Shown piece by piece: positions 94,265-109,028 of a stretch of DNA of 248,000 bases. Position 1 is the first letter of the stretch; each line of letters starts with the position of its first letter. Source of the stretch: Wallemia ichthyophaga EXF-994 (taxonomy: Eukaryota > Fungi > Basidiomycota); assembly GCF_000400465.1 (NCBI RefSeq), contig NW_008806281.1:20001-268000 (forward strand), in the 5' to 3' direction. The notes under the pieces were generated by a model. That model was not told the DNA's origin, did not search any database, and was given only the letters and a program-made list of their open reading frames with translations. The translations under genes and the position numbers were made by a program.

Positions 94265-96479
94265 TTACATGGATTCTAACTTCTTTATCATTGCTTCCAT
94301 ATCATTCTTAAGCTGCTTCAAATGCGCTACTTCTTTATCAAGATCTGCATCATTGATTGAGCCTGACTTGACGTCACGGATCCGATCACCCTGAGCTAAG
94401 ATACTATCATTCAATACCTTTGCTTCTGGTGTATCTGGCACTTTCACTACCTCCTTGGCTGCTTTCGCTGCTTTTGCTTGCTTGGCCAGCTGCTTTTTCG
94501 ACAATTCTGGTTTTGGCTCCTCGCTTTGCATACCACCAAACTTCTTTCTCCAGACGTCTTCCATCTTCTCATCTATACGAGTGAATAGAATGCTTGGTGT
94601 TCCAATTCTGTGTCCTGGGTAAAGATCTATGGCGAATGTTTCTGGTAGAGTGCGTGGTGGTGCGTTCAATTGATTTATGATTGATTCTGAGGTTGATGGC
94701 ATGAATGGGTGCACAGCTGCGCTAAGTATGTAGATGAGATTAATAGCTACCAGTATTGTTCTCTGAGCTCTACGTGGGTGCTCAGCTTATCGCTTTGTTA
94801 GTTTTTAGGGTCTTTCTCACTCTAATCGACTCACCCAAAAGCGCATTGTCGAGCTTGTTCTCTTGTATCCACTCATTACCACGTCTGGACAGTGCAAGGA
94901 CATCCTCCAAGCCAGATCGCAGATGTGCGCGCTCCATAGAGTCAATGTATCTTTTCAGAATCTCATTGATATCCTTAACGAAGCTATTTTTACGTGCCAT
95001 GAATTCGGAATCATCTGAAAAGATGAGATTAGTGTCTTGAGCTTCACCAGGCACAAGACTGTCGAATTTGGCAGCGGTGAACTTGAGAACCTAGACTTCA
95101 CGTTAGCTTTGAGAAGTAAGACAAAATATAACTCACTCTATTGACAAAGTTTCCGAAATTCTTGAGTAAGTTGTTGTTGTTCGCACTGACAAAGTCACTC
95201 CATGTGAACTCAGTGTCACCAGATTCGGGACGACGACTGAGTAAGAAGTATCTCCATACGGATGGTGACAAGCCTGTTTCCTTAGCACTGTTACCAAATA
95301 CACCAACACCCTTTGATTTACTGAACTTTCCACCTTCATATTGGAGATAGTCTGTCGATGAAATGTACTTGAGTCTAGTCCAGTCACGTCCATCTGCTAA
95401 CAACAAGGAAGGGAAGAAACACAAATGGAAATATACGTTATCCTTGCCCATAAATTGGTATAAGTTGACGTTCTTTGGATTTAACCACCATTTCTGCCAC
95501 TGATCGGTGTAATTTGCAGTGATGGAGATATAACCAATTGGAGCATCCATCCAGACATACATGACCTTTCCAGCCATTTCAGCGTCTTCCTCAGCATCTC
95601 CTACGGCTGGTACAGGGACGCCCCACTTAAGATCACGAGTGATTGCAGAAGGTTGAAGACCAGCTTTCATTCTAGCCTCGACAATCTCTCTATCTGAGTT
95701 GATGATAATGTTTGCAGGCCAGTTGTATTGCTTTGCAGTGTCTTTCAACCAACCTTCTAATGATGGCTGCAATTTACCCAAATCCAGGTACATATGAGCA
95801 GTTGGACGAGTTACGAGCTGTGAATTTGGATTCATTTTAGACCTTGGGGATTGTAATTCGAGTGGACTATCAAAAGTACGCGAACACTTGTCACATTGAT
95901 CACCACGAGCGTCGTCTGCTTGACAGTATGGACAAGTACCTTCAACGAATCTATCAGCCAAGAATTTGTCTTCTTCGACGGAATAGATTTGTTCCCTGGT
96001 AGACTTGACAAGGAGATTGTTGCTTCTAATGTTCTTGTAGAAGTCTTGAACAATCTCCGTTTGCTTATCTGTGGAAGTGCGCCCAAATTTATCAAACTCA
96101 ATTTCAAACCAATCGTAGACCTGCTTGTGGATGGCTGTGAACTTGTCACACAATTCCTTCGGAGTGATGCCATCTTCGATAGCCTTCGTCTCTGTTGCCG
96201 TACCGTACTCGTCAGTACCACAAACGTAGAGAGTGTTGCGATTTCTAACTCTGTTAAATCTAGCAAATACGTCTGCGCTGAGTGTACTGCCAATCACATT
96301 TCCCAAGTGCGGTACATTGTTGCAGTCTGAGGTGCTTGTGAGCTGTTGATGGGTATGCCAGCAACCAACCCACAAGGCAGTGCAGATGTGATGAGCACAT
96401 TTTCCCTGTCATCCTCTGGAAGTATAACTTTGTCCTTTTCGACTAATTTCCTCTCCACTTGCTCGTTATACGTCGTCAT
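94265..96479 (-). CDS. MES1: cytosolic methionyl-tRNA synthetase
   Basis: [25 protein letters not shown]. Confidence 0.96.
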
Positions 96480-96640
96480 AGTTTGAAATGAAGAAAGAAG
96501 ACAGGCTATTTACCGACAAATCTCGTCAAGCTACCAATGTATATCTTTTAAAAGCCACCGCTATTAATCAACACTATTAACATCTGCTGTAAATCTAAAT
96601 TCCCATCTCATCTCTGCACCACCACCACTGAATTCCAGGA

Positions 96641-99600
96641 TATGGGTGTAAAGGGTCTCTGGCAGCTGCTTCAGCCAGTCGCTAGGCCTGTAAAGTGTGT
96701 AGATCTTGCCATCATCTCCATCTCCCGCTAATTAGATCACCAGACTTGAAATGCTGGGCGGCAAGAGAGTCGCGATAGATTCTTCCATCTGGCTCTACCA
96801 CTTTCTTCGAGCTATCAAGGATAAGCAAGGCCACACCCTCACCAATGCCCACATTCTCGGTTTCCTGAGGCGTATACTCAAAATCCTGTTTTATGGCCTC
96901 AAGCCTGTATTTGTATTCGACGGTGGCGCGCCTAAGCTCAAGAAATCTACCATTGTCAGTTTCGCCTACAAGAACAGCGTGACACCTTATTGACTTACTC
97001 CCAGTCTGAGCGCAAGAACAGACGAGAGGGTGCACGCCAGAGCCACGCATTGATAGCGTCTAAGCTTCTTTCCGCACAGCTGCGCAAGGCAGCTATACAG
97101 CAACAACAGAAGGCGTGAGTCGCGCTTACATTTTAAATGACATCATTACAAACATCACTAACATCACTAATCAGTGAAAAGCGTCCTTCTAAAAGTGGTA
97201 TAGACAACGACGACGCAGATGGAGATGGGAATATAGCTTATCTCGATGATCTCAATAACACAGCTTCACCAGCAAAAAAAGAGCAGAAAGCAGCAACGCA
97301 GAAAAAAAGGCGTCTAGATCCCTACGAATTACCAGCAGCACCTCAGCGTCCCAAGTCCAGCATACCCGATCCGCGTCTAGCTACTGAAGATGAGCTGCGT
97401 GATTTCATATCGACAATGAAACCATCAGATTTCGACACCACTTCCGATGCATTCAAACAGCTTCCTCCGGAAGTGCAGTACGAGCTGATTGGTGATATGA
97501 GATTGAAGTCGAGAAGCACATCTTTCTCTCGCTTAGAGAATATGTTACGAAAATCGTCGACAGCTATCGATTTCTCTAGAGCTCAGATTAATAATTTGAT
97601 GCAAAGGAACGATCTCACTCAAAAACTCATCAACCACTCCGAAGGTATGGGTAAAGAAGAAGACGCGCCGGTTGCTTTACGCGTTTCTACTTCGCGGAAT
97701 AGAGAGTATGTCCTCATGCGTAAGTCTGACAATGAAGGTGGTGGATGGGTGCTCGGTATACAAGACAAGCGAGGTGAAAAAGGTCAGAAACCGATTGAGA
97801 TATCGAGTGATCATGAGAATGAATATGAAAATGATGAAATGCACGTTTCAGAAGACACAGATGAGGATGATTTTGACATGGAGGAGGTGAACATACCTCC
97901 AGCTGTGGTAACAGATATTCCAGTGGTGGAAGATAGACCATCTTCAACGCCACAGCCACCGCAACTTGGATTCGAAGAGAATGAAGCGCAGTCTACCGGT
98001 CTCGATGCTGCTTTAGATGAGAGTATGGTAACCAAAGCCAAAGAAGATAGCTTGAGACTGCTGAAGGAATCTACACGCAGACATCAAGAAAAGGAAAATG
98101 CTACTGAGAGTCTTGACAAGCAGCTGGATTCCATCAAGCATGTGAGGGGTACTGGGAGTGTGGAAGCGTCTAAAAAAGTGGATCATACACCGCCCGATGT
98201 TAGACAAACCATTGTAAAGCCTCCAGTCAAAGCCACATCTGAACGGAAGATGATACCAAAGTATGTACCAGCTAAACCACGAGGAGAGAAGAAGCGGAAT
98301 GTCACGCTGCAAGACTTTCATGCTAAGCAGCCGCAGCAGCTTCCTCAGGAGACACCCCCACCTGACAAAGATATTCCGTTGTTCCCTGACGAAAGTGAGG
98401 AGGAAGAGGCACAGGAACAGGAGCAGAAGGAAAAGGAATCTATGAGCAGCGATGCTGATATGGAGGCGGTTTACTCGAAAGAGAAAGACGAAGTCAAGGA
98501 AAAAACTGAAAATGTTCGTGAGCAGAAGCAGGAGCCGTCAGGGATGATACCAGAGAAACCAAGTAGTCCAATTACAGTGAAGGAGGAAAAGGTCGAGCCA
98601 CTACCTCAGCCTTACGATGTGACGGAGAAGGAAGAGTCAATTGAAGCTTCAGGCGCAGTACCAGCGCAGCCTGATACTGGAGGTGTAGGATTAGACTCAG
98701 ATTCCGAAAGCGCTTATAGCGGCTGGGAGCCAACACCTTCACCCGAAGCATCCACTTCTGCTGAGCAGGCAGTTGAGCATGAAATAGAGCAAGCAGTTGC
98801 ATATGCCGCTGAACAAACCACGGAGCAGCCAAAAATGCAACCCGATGGTGCGCGAGAAATGTCACCACCAATCGACATTGACGCCTCCGATAATGAAATG
98901 GAAGCGCAAGAAGCGATAGAGAATGAAGAAAAGGACTATATAGCATTCAGTAGCAAAGCGAATAACAAAAATTATGATGAGATGCTTGATGAAGCAGACA
99001 AGGATATTCGACGTTTACAGCAGAGTGCGAAGAAAATGTCGGGTGGTAGTGACGACCCTACAGTTCAGATGACTGGCGAAATACAGAAAATGCTCAAAGC
99101 TTTCGGTATTCCTTATATAACAGCTCCAATGGAAGCTGAGGCGCAATGTGCGAAACTCGCCCAACTAAATCTAGTAGATGCAGTTATAACAGATGACAGT
99201 GATATCTTTCTGTTCGGTGCGCCCATCGTATACAAGAATATGTTCAACGATAAGCAGTTTGTGGAGTGCTACGTGTTGGGCGATCTGGAGAAAGACCTGT
99301 CTTTGTCTCGCGATAGACTTATTGAACTGGCATATATCCTTGGATCAGATTATACAAATGGCTTCAGTGGTGTGGGACCAGTCATGGCCATGGAACTATT
99401 GGGTGATTTTGCTCACGAGTCCCCCAACACGCTCACTGGATTCAAGAATTGGTGGACAAAGGTTCAGAATGGCAAGGATACTCAACAGGATACGAGTACG
99501 AAATTTAGAAAGACATTTAAAAAGAAGAATAAGAATTTGCTTCTCGATAAGGAGTTCCCGGATTCTGGTGTCAGAGCTGCTTACTACGGTGCACAGGCTG

Positions 99601-100144
99601 ATGAAAGCAATGAAGAGTTTGTGTGGGGTATACCGGATCTCGATTCTTTGAGAGATTATCTTTACAATTATCTGGGATGGCCTGCTCATAAGACTGACGA
99701 TACTATCATACCTGTCATCAAGCACATGAACAATAGGGTGAGTGGGAGTTTGATTAAATACTGTTTACTAACAAATCTCAGAAACCAGCGCCTCAAACAT
99801 CTCTCGATAGGTTCTTTGATGATAGCGCGGGTAGTGGTGTGTTAGGTCCACGCCCAATGGCTGCGTACTCCAGCAACCGCCTGAAGGAGGTAGTGAGAGC
99901 GTTTAGGGGTGGTAGAGTAGAAGACGACAACGAGGAGGTGGACGAAGATACAGGCAGCAGCAGAAGTAATGGTAAAGGTAGAGGTAGAGGTAGAGGCAAT
100001 GGCAAGAAAGTGACCGCCAGACCACGCAAATCAGCCAAAAATCAGAAGGAGGCTACTAAATCCACAAAGAAAAGGAAGAAGGTGAGCAGCGAAGAAGACG
100101 ACGCTAGCGATAATGCTAGTGCATGGGATAGCGAGGACAATTAG
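96641..100144 (+). CDS. RAD2: XPG endonuclease
   Basis: MGVKGLW, AIDSSIWLY, PMEAEAQCA, LGSDY. Confidence 0.95.
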
Positions 100145-100148
100145 TAAA

Positions 100149-101200
100149 CTAAACTATGAAATGTATTATGAACTGTTGTAACAGTACGCTATTGCGAAGT
100201 ATAGAAGTGGTAATCGTCAATGAGAGGTATGTAGTCGCCGACGATGCCTGCTGCAATACCGACCAGTGGCCAATTCTGCAGCCTGCTAACGACTGATTCG
100301 ACGCGCGGTTTAGTGAAGTCGTGCCAAATAGGACCCCGAAGCAAGTATCTATGGGATTGTTAGTGGGGTGTATATATTCATAGCATAACCCACCTAATAA
100401 ATGATTGCTCCCGTCTATTCTGTTCATTAGCCTCAATGCTTGACTTGTTGACGTCAAACGAGTATGGCGACACACCGCTCCTGCTCTTATGACCATACTT
100501 GCGCAGCTGTCTGCTCATTACCGACATGGAAAGCGATAGAAGTAGCGGTGTCCATTCGGATTTGGTTCTCCAAGGTTTAGTGCGCGTCTGTGTCCTAGCG
100601 AACTGGCGTCTGAGTGCCAAAACATACACTAGAGGTTCGGCAATAAGCATGAGTTCCGAGAAAACCTGCGCGCCACTACTCAGCGGCCTCACTAATGCAG
100701 ATGGCGGAGTGAGTGAGTCAGTATCGAGCGCAGTGGCATGCAAGTAGTTATCGACACTTCCATACTTGGTCTTGAGATCGACTACACTCCTCGCTCCTCG
100801 CACACCCCTATTGGCCTCATCGCACTCTGGATCGAGGCTTACATCCTGGTCACGAGAGGGCGTGCATGGCGTTACTAGCGGTCTTAGTTGCGTTTTCAAC
100901 AGAATGACTAACTTCAGTGTAAACTTTAACGCTTCAATTGCCGTTATGTAATTCCATCGATGGCGCGCATATCGACCTTGCTCATCGCGCTTTTCTCGCC
101001 GGTGCATCACTATCTCGCCCAGGAGCTGCAGAGAGGTCGTCAAGGAAAGCAGCTTGGCTGATAGGGCGTGCAGGCGTCCCCAGTTGGAGGATGTGTATCT
101101 GCTGTGTGCGTTGAGAGAGTGCTTCGCAGAGTGCGCATCTTGTGATTGTGTGAGCATGTTGAGTGAGCTGAAGACTGTGTAGCGTATTCGTTAGTATTTT
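100149..101200 (-). CDS. PEX16: peroxin Pex16
   Basis: LLGEIV...RWNYITAIEALK..LKL; TPLLLSL. Confidence 0.75.
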
Positions 101201-101431
101201 GCTGTGTATACACTATCATCCCTCACTCATCTCGGCTACTAACTCTGAATCGTCGAAGCGGCCAGGAAGTAGCCATGCCAGCGTACGCAGAGTCGGCTCT
101301 ATAGATTTAGAAAGAGCGATTACTTTGTCTTTCCTGTTAACGTTCCTCACGCTACCGATGTCGTTTGACATTTTCGTGATGATTGCTAATGACACAAAGA
101401 AATGCGGTAATTATCTTTACACTACTCATAA

Positions 101432-103327
101432 CTAGTTTACAAGTATCAGGCCGTCAATGCGCTCCCCTGTCTCCGTGCGTTTCCAAGACTCAATTGTCTC
101501 TCCCCACTCACTCACATCATACACTCTGAATCTACGGTCGTGGCCCTTCTTCCCGTAGCCCGAGTATGAGCTTCCACCCCCGAAACAGATCCATGTTCCT
101601 TGAATCAGCCTACATTCGTCAGTCAGGTGGCAGTGTCCATGTGCAATCACTCTTATTTCGTTGGTGGTGGTGTCGCTACCGCGGCGGAGCTCGTTAGCGA
101701 CGTTGAAGAAGCCACCATTTATGCCACTCGCACCGTCACCATCTTCAATGCCTTTACTACCCCATCCTTCTATAGGGGTCCCGTTGGCGTCGAGATCGGC
101801 GGGACTGTCGTAGTATTCACGCAAGGGGATGTGCGCAAATACCAATGCGTTAGCTTTTTGTGGTGTTTGTGATATTCTCTTGTGCGTGTCATCGAAGACT
101901 TCGCCTTGCTTTGGTATGAATGGTCGATTCTCTAGTTTGATGTTGTCCGATTCTTCGACGAACCAATCGATCTGATTCTGCGACTGGTGTGAGAAACGAA
102001 AGTAAAACATTTAAGTTCATCGTACCTGTCTGATGTAGTCATACTGCCCCATCATGTTCTTGAATGGGTTGTAACGAGGTGGAGGCAACAGCCCGTGCGT
102101 ATCGAACAAGTACATGGTAAGGAGGTGAGAATTGGTGCCATCAGGGGAGTACACTTTAAGCACATGATTCCCAACGCCGTGGATATCAGAAGGACCAGGC
102201 TGGGCGAGCGAGAAGGGTAATGCCTGAATAATTCTCATCTGCTCCGACCGAGGTAAATCAGTCATCTCAGAATCATGATTACCGAAAATTGCGGTAAATG
102301 GTATCTTTCTCTTAATCACCTCGCTGTAGACCTTGGAAATAACGCTGACAGCATCGAATGACGTACCCTGTCCATTCAACTGATCGCCTGTGAAGACAAC
102401 GAAATCAGGTTTGACGTCGTCGAGAGTCTCTGCCATAAGTTGTATAGAGTCTGGATCACCTTGGCATGGTGACTTGTCAGTGTCTCTGCATGTACCATTG
102501 CCCACGCTGAAATGTAGGTCAGCAATTTGTAGTATGCGGAATTGTCCGTTATCTCTAAATTTCAATTGTTCAGGCTGCTTGGGGTGTTTATAGCCTTTGC
102601 GGATAGTGAAAGTCATGCGTTCATTCTTGGATGACGCGTCTTGGATGTTTGCACCTTGTACGCGCTTGAAGTCTGGCCATGGCGGACCATCACCGAACAA
102701 GATATCAACCTCAGTGACTGCGTCTGATGGCCGTGGATTGGAGGATGGAGGATGAGTGTGGTAGTAGAGGCGGGTGTTTGGTGATGGATTCGATTTAACT
102801 TTGAACCAATTTTCATCCAATTTTTCTGAGCTGTCAGAAGAGAGCAGTTTGATGTCATCAATGTAGCTGACGTCTAGTCTACGAGACCTTCTGTAGTACA
102901 AGTAATTATTCTTATGGCCGCGTCCATTTTGTACATTTAAGCTCATGCCGACTCTAACCCAAGGGCCATACTTGCTGTTATCCTCAGAAGTTGAAGGAGG
103001 ATAACAGCCACCAAAGTAATACTCCAAAGAAGGTGGGAGTGAGCAGCTTCTTATGGTGATATCATTGATGGGTGTGGAATGTGGAAGTATTGGATTCCAT
103101 ATGTCAAGTGGAGCTTCGAGTACGTTGTAATTTGAATCATAGAGGCTGTTGTCGTCGCTGCTGTTGCTGCCGTGATCGACCAATTTCACGTAGTCGTAGT
103201 TCTGCCATTGGAGTGGAAGCAACTGCTTGTGCTTTGGTGTGTAATTCGTACTGAGGAGCGAGTATCGCGATAATAGAATTATCGTTATGAAGCTTGAAAT
103301 TATAAAGCTTAGAAGAAATTGCCTCAT
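101432..103327 (-). CDS. DCR2: DCR2-like calcineurin-type phosphoesterase
   Basis: QIADLHF, TGDQL, GNHD, FAHIPL, HGHCH. Confidence 0.88.
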
Positions 103328-103363
103328 CTTCGTTGTAGGCCTGTAAGCCGATAAGCGTGTAGA

Positions 103364-103851
103364 CTAAGTGACATATAAATGCTTACAATTGAAATAATTT
103401 AAAATGTATTCTAATTCATGTGAATCGACGTTTGTTTGGTAGTATAAGTACTTGAACAGCTCCCGCTCCATTTTGTTCACCTCGTGTAAGTCAAACCTAG
103501 TAACCACAACCCAACTCTGATTGCTGTATGTTTTATCACTGTGTGATTTGCAGCTCAGTATCATTGAGGCTATAAACAATCTACTAGAGCAGCTCCCTTG
103601 TACGTCTGGCTGTATGCTCTGTCAGCCACACAAGCGCACTGAGTCAAACACACCAATCTCAATTTCAATCTATACAGCAGCACTAGACTTGTCAAAACTA
103701 TGTACTCCTCCACCTGCGTTCTCTCCAACACTCGTCTTATAAACTCTAGCATTGTAGTGCTTCTCTCCGTCTTAAACATCTCCGATATTACCCTCTCAGC
103801 AACGATTGAAAACTCTTTGTAGAATTTGTAATTATTTGCAGCGATGCTCAT
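103364..103851 (-). CDS. small Pho80/PCL-type cyclin
   Basis: LTSLVLLYRLK, KSHSDKTYSNQSW, VNKMERE. Confidence 0.7.
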
Positions 103852-103948
103852 TGTTATCTAAGATCATTCATATTTGCTTACAAATTACCTATCATATTGA
103901 TTATTGATTGCTCATTTGTGACATTCGGCGAAATTTCTCACTTTGTAC

Positions 103949-105621
103949 CTATCCGTTTTTAGAAAGTGCCTTATTAACCAGCTCATTAACATCCATCACT
104001 CTATCAAATTGGTCTTCATTAGGATGTCTCTCTCGTCTCAATCGCCGCACTTCCTCCGCTGAGACAGTGTTGATAAAAAATTTGCACCTCTTCACGCCCT
104101 CGAATTCCGAGAACTCCTCATCTTCATCGAATGCATAGCCACACTTCGGGAAATCGAGTCCATAGAAGCACTTATGTATCGTATCTCTGAAATACTCCAT
104201 CTCACTCCAGAACTCCGGTATACTGTTACTTTTGGATCCCATCTTGGCTTTGAGGTGGTGATCTATATTGGAGATGAGCCAGTGCATACTAAGGCGCAGT
104301 GCTGGCAGCGATCTCCTCATCGAAGTAGTCAGCAGGTGTGACAACCTGACGTCATCACCTTCGCTCCCGGTCCCACTATCAACCTCTTCCAAACTCACGC
104401 GCACGCTGCGCATGAGATGGGTGATGAGACGTACGAGGTATTTGTGTGCGGTACTCTTCCGCACCTCCGTCGACATGTTCGCACCGGCTATATCAATTTG
104501 TCTATAGGTGCGCAAAGAATGGTATAAGCAAATGTTGACAGCGACGATTCTAGTGATTGTCTCAGAATTGAGAGTGTGTGTATCCAGCAGCTTCCTAAAG
104601 AGACGCGTGGAATTGTTGACTAGTTTGGTGACACTTTGTATGCTGGGTTGGTGTTAGAACTTCAACTGCAATCCCCTTCTTGCACTCACTCATTGCGATT
104701 CAAGTAGAGCATGGCGTGGATCTTTATCAGCTGTTTAACTAATACATTATAGTCACCTCCGTCAGTATTTTCCTCCACACTCTCGTCCAGTACCTTGTTT
104801 AGAATGGAGGTGATGTTATTGCGTGCGAGATTCTGAGGCTGTTTTGGTGCTTTCGTGGTAGTGATGCAACGGTAGTAGTGGTAGAGTGCACCTAAATTGT
104901 CATCGTTATAGCTGCACACCACAGCCAAGCTATTGAAATGGAGTGCTTCATGAGGATTTACTGATTTTGCGAGATTGTAGCAAGCAACGACCTGAGTATA
105001 GATACGTCTCTTTCCATTGTCCTTTACGTGCTGCCCAGCTTTAGGACGACCTTTCTCCTCATTGTACAGCTCTTTATATCTCAGCAGATCACCAATGTAG
105101 ATGAGACAGCGGTAAATAATCCACGCCCGCAAATTTCTGTCGAAGGAGCCCTCGTCAGCTACGGTGTTGGAGTAGTCTAAGGAGACATCTGCGCGTGTCA
105201 CTTCCTCATCGCTATCGACATCCATCTGCACATCCTGCTTATGATCGCCATCCTGCGAGTCAATCGCATTAATAGTGTACTTGTATTCATCGAGGCTGTA
105301 CAGTGAGATAGTTCGGCTGATGATATCGACGTAGAAACGTTTTTCTTTGGTAAGAAAGGAGTGAAAGTGCTGCAAGACGCGTCTTCTCTCGTAAGAAACT
105401 TTAGATTGTTTCTCAGAGCCATCTAAATTGCGTATGCGACGTCTATACTCTGTAATGAGATTATGTGAGGTGTTGTTCCACAGCGCACTAAGCGTGGATT
105501 GTACAGCGTCATCTGGGCCCATTAGCAGTGCATTGAGATGCGTACGCTTGTACGACTGCGTTAGGAATGTCAAGTCTGTATCCCAAGGACTTTTGCTCGC
105601 TGCTTTTTCCGTGATGCTCAT
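103949..105621 (-). CDS. Est1/SMG7-like protein
   Basis: LWNNTSHNLITEYR, LIYIGDLLRY, FNSLAV. Confidence 0.75.
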
Positions 105622-105698
105622 CTTACCATCACCGTCGTGAGTAGAAATGGTGAGCGATCCAACGAACGATAAAAATATTTGGCTGTGTGCGTGTACAT

Positions 105699-106244
105699 AT
105701 GGTGCAAATATCAATTTTAACTACTTCACCAGCCGCCAGCGAAGGTGATATGGAAAGAGTAGCGTATCTGGTTGAGAAATGCGGATTGGATGTAAATACA
105801 CTGGACGAAAACAGTTACAGCACTCTACACGCAGCTACATCTTACTCTCACTCCCATCTTCTCCGCTATCTCATTGAGAAAGGCGGTAATGTAAATATCG
105901 TCGACGATGATCACGAAACGCCGCTCTTTGTCGCCGAGGATGAAGATGTGGCAAGGCTGCTGGTGGAACACGGGGCTGACGCCTCACATCGCAACGCGGA
106001 AGGTCTCACACCACTCGAGAAACTCATTCAGGATGATGAGCACGAGGAAGTGCAGGAATATCTCAAATCTGTCGGTCCAGCGCCTGTATCAATGCCAAAC
106101 ACCAACGATAACACAGCACTCGAAGATACGGAAACTGGCAGAGAGATAGCCGAGATAATGGAACAGGCACAACGAGACGGCACAGATCCCGATGAGAGGC
106201 TGAGGGAGCTGGTGACGCGCAATCTGATGGGACAGCAGCAGTAG
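105699..106244 (+). CDS. small ankyrin-repeat protein
   Basis: DENSYSTLHAATSY, ETPLFVAE. Confidence 0.8.
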   Translation: MVQISILTTSPAASEGDMERVAYLVEKCGLDVNTLDENSYSTLHAATSYSHSHLLRYLIEKGGNVNIVDDDHETPLFVAEDEDVARLLVEHGADASHRNAEGLTPLEKLIQDDEHEEVQEYLKSVGPAPVSMPNTNDNTALEDTETGREIAEIMEQAQRDGTDPDERLRELVTRNLMGQQQ

Positions 106245-107026
106245 TAGCTGCTGCAGTGATATCCCGCCTTCTTGTAAAAGCGTATTAGACGGAACATTGA
106301 TACGGTAGTAAGAAAACACTATTAACTTATTGTCTCTCTGGTAACTTTGGTGGCACGCTGTGGACTTGCTGGCTTTGGGTGGAGTTAGGCTGCTCCACGC
106401 TGCCTTCCTGTGATCCACCAGTGTTGCCTTTGCTGTTGAGCTTATCCATACCATCCTTCATCTCTTCTAAGCCCTGCTTCGATGTGCCCGGGTTATCTGA
106501 CTTGCTTTCAACGCTGCCAGCTTGACGGCCTGCTACTTGGTCACCGGCCCTGTCGACGCTCTCATTGAATGTGCCACGAATTGCCTCTCCTGCGCCTGTG
106601 TCGTGTGTTAGGCGTGTGTACACTGAAAACCTCAATCACGCACCGTGGAATCCCTTCCATGCACCTTGAATCTTGTCTTGAACTTTGTCCATTATTTGTT
106701 GTAATTACGTTAGAAGCAATTGCCCGCTCCACAGCCGCTGAAAATTGTTAAATGTGAAAACAAATTAAAGCAAATGATGATGTCATGTTGGTTTGTAGAC
106801 TATTCTTTAAAATCAGGCTATTTATCCACCTATTACTTCCAGTCGCAGATGACGTATTGCTAGCTATCTGTTTCTTTGACAGGAATGTGTAAAAAGAGTA
106901 TCCAATTGTAATTTTCAAGCTGTTATTGTACTTCGGGCCCTGCTAAGATTTTAATTCTGTGACCTCAAAATCGGGTGAGTTGAATTGCTTTTCAATTGGT
107001 CATCACTCAACTCAAATTAGATTCCT

Positions 107027-107490
107027 ATGGCTTCCAACTTAAAAAATTATGCTTTCTTTGTTATCGGTTTCTTAGGTTTATATTGCGCTGTGTTTATCTA
107101 CATTAGTCTTGAATGACGGAAATTCGACGGCCTCTATAATAGGTCTGCAAAAATCCACCCGAAGAGCATGGATCACTGCGTTGATATCACGTTTGAAGAA
107201 TAAATTAAACCTGATAATGACAGATTATCTGAATATGCTTGTTCAGCGGACTTGAGCTTCTATGTTCCAGATTATATGGATTGTGAAGGCCTCGTAACAC
107301 TGAAAACTGTTCACCTAGCTAAGAAGAGAAGTCTCGAACAACTACATCAGCTCAATATGCGAACTGGCACTGTAACCTATCACCATCCACTTGGATGGAA
107401 AACGCATACCTCTTTCAAATTTGGGTAAAAAAGTTATCCCAGAAACGACGTAACGAACGTCAGAATTGTATAAAAGGCTTTTTTGTAGCT
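107027..107490 (+). pseudogene. decayed membrane-anchored ORF
   Basis: MASNLKNYAFFVIGFLGLYC... with three in-frame stops. Confidence 0.35.
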
Positions 107491-107524
107491 CACTACCCAT
107501 AAATTTTGAAATGTCTATGATAAA

Positions 107525-108876
107525 TTACATGTCCTCTAGTGACCATTTTGCTCGTGGCATGAGTGTGGCAGGATTTGCTAGTTCCCCTTTAGCAAGTTTG
107601 TAGTGGGCTGCCCATGCGATCATGGCGGCGTTGTCTGCGTAAATATGGTAAGAGTGGTTTGCGAGGGGCAAGTTGAGATCAGACCCACCAGTACATAACG
107701 CTGGCGCCGGAAAGTAGATATTCAAGCCATGTCTTCCAGTAACATCTGACAATCTTACCCTTGTTAGCGTGAGCGCATAATCAAATCAAGACACACCTCT
107801 CGCGCAGGTATCCATTACTAGCTACACCCCCACTAACCACCAGACTAGATGGTTCGACGGTAGATTTGCTCAGTGCCAATGTCACCTATTCCCGAGTTCA
107901 GACTGACTGCTGAATTTGACATGCCGTCCACCCACCTTATCAGCCAACTGCGCCACTGCTGCACTCTGGAATGCGCGCGCTAGAGCTACTCTCGTCACAT
108001 CACCGCCGTCACTCTCATCCACCAGCCTCGAGAACGCGCTCCTGAGGCCCGAGTAGCTGAACAGGAGCTGAGAGGGGGCTGGTACGCGCAGCTTCTGTCT
108101 ATACTCTTTGACACGACAATCCACCTCATCTTTATGGCCAAACAAGTGCTCAGTGTGCCTCGCAAACCCCTCCAATGCGGCTCCCGGCGCCTTGCCTGAC
108201 CATGGTATATTGAGGAGCTTAGCGGCGTGATCGAAAGCGTTGCTTGGAGCGTGTGAGTAGACTACGAGATACCAACCATTCTAAACCTACCCTATCGAAT
108301 CGTCGTTTGTCGTCGCCAGCACTCGCATTTTGGTGACTTCTTCCGCGTCGACTATCATCGTGTGTCCTCCACTGCAAAGCAGCGTGTAAAATGGGAATTG
108401 CGGGGGATTCTCTTCTGTCAGACAGCAAGTAAGGGCGTGCGCTTGCTACAATGCTATAGCATGAGATAGAGCTCTATCTGCGAATAACACCCACCCACCA
108501 TGTGATGTACGCCTACTAGCGGTATTCCACTAACCCCGACTAGCGACTTGGCTGCGACCATCGCGATTTGCAAACACCCTTTCATGCCGGGTCCTTCGGT
108601 AGTAGCTATCGCGTCCAAATCCCCAAATGCAACTCCAGCACGACGGATCGCTTCTGAAATTGCAGGCGATATGTTTTTCATGTGTCCTTGCGTTGCGTAC
108701 AGCGGGTGTATCCCTCCGTATTGCTCATGTATTTGATCCTGTTTCATCACCACATTTGATAATATCTCCCGATGGTTGCTCACTATCGCTGCACATGTGT
108801 CGTCTGCTGAGCTCTCCAATGCTAGTATCAGCCGCCGCCGTACGTCTTTGTATACTGGGAATATCGATCTTCGCAT
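107525..108876 (-). CDS. QRI7: mitochondrial t6A tRNA modification enzyme
   Basis: LALESSADDT, GGIHP, VHHM, SFSYSGL-like, DNAAMIAW. Confidence 0.9.
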
Positions 108877-109028
108877 GCGATCGTCAAAGTGTAAGGAGAT
108901 GGCGAAGGCGGCGGTGAGAATTTATAATTTGGATGCGTTTAATACAACAAGTATGAATGATTGGATTATGTTCTGCAATTTACTTTTGCGAAAGACTTCC
109001 AAGAGGAGAATAAATGACGATTTATTAA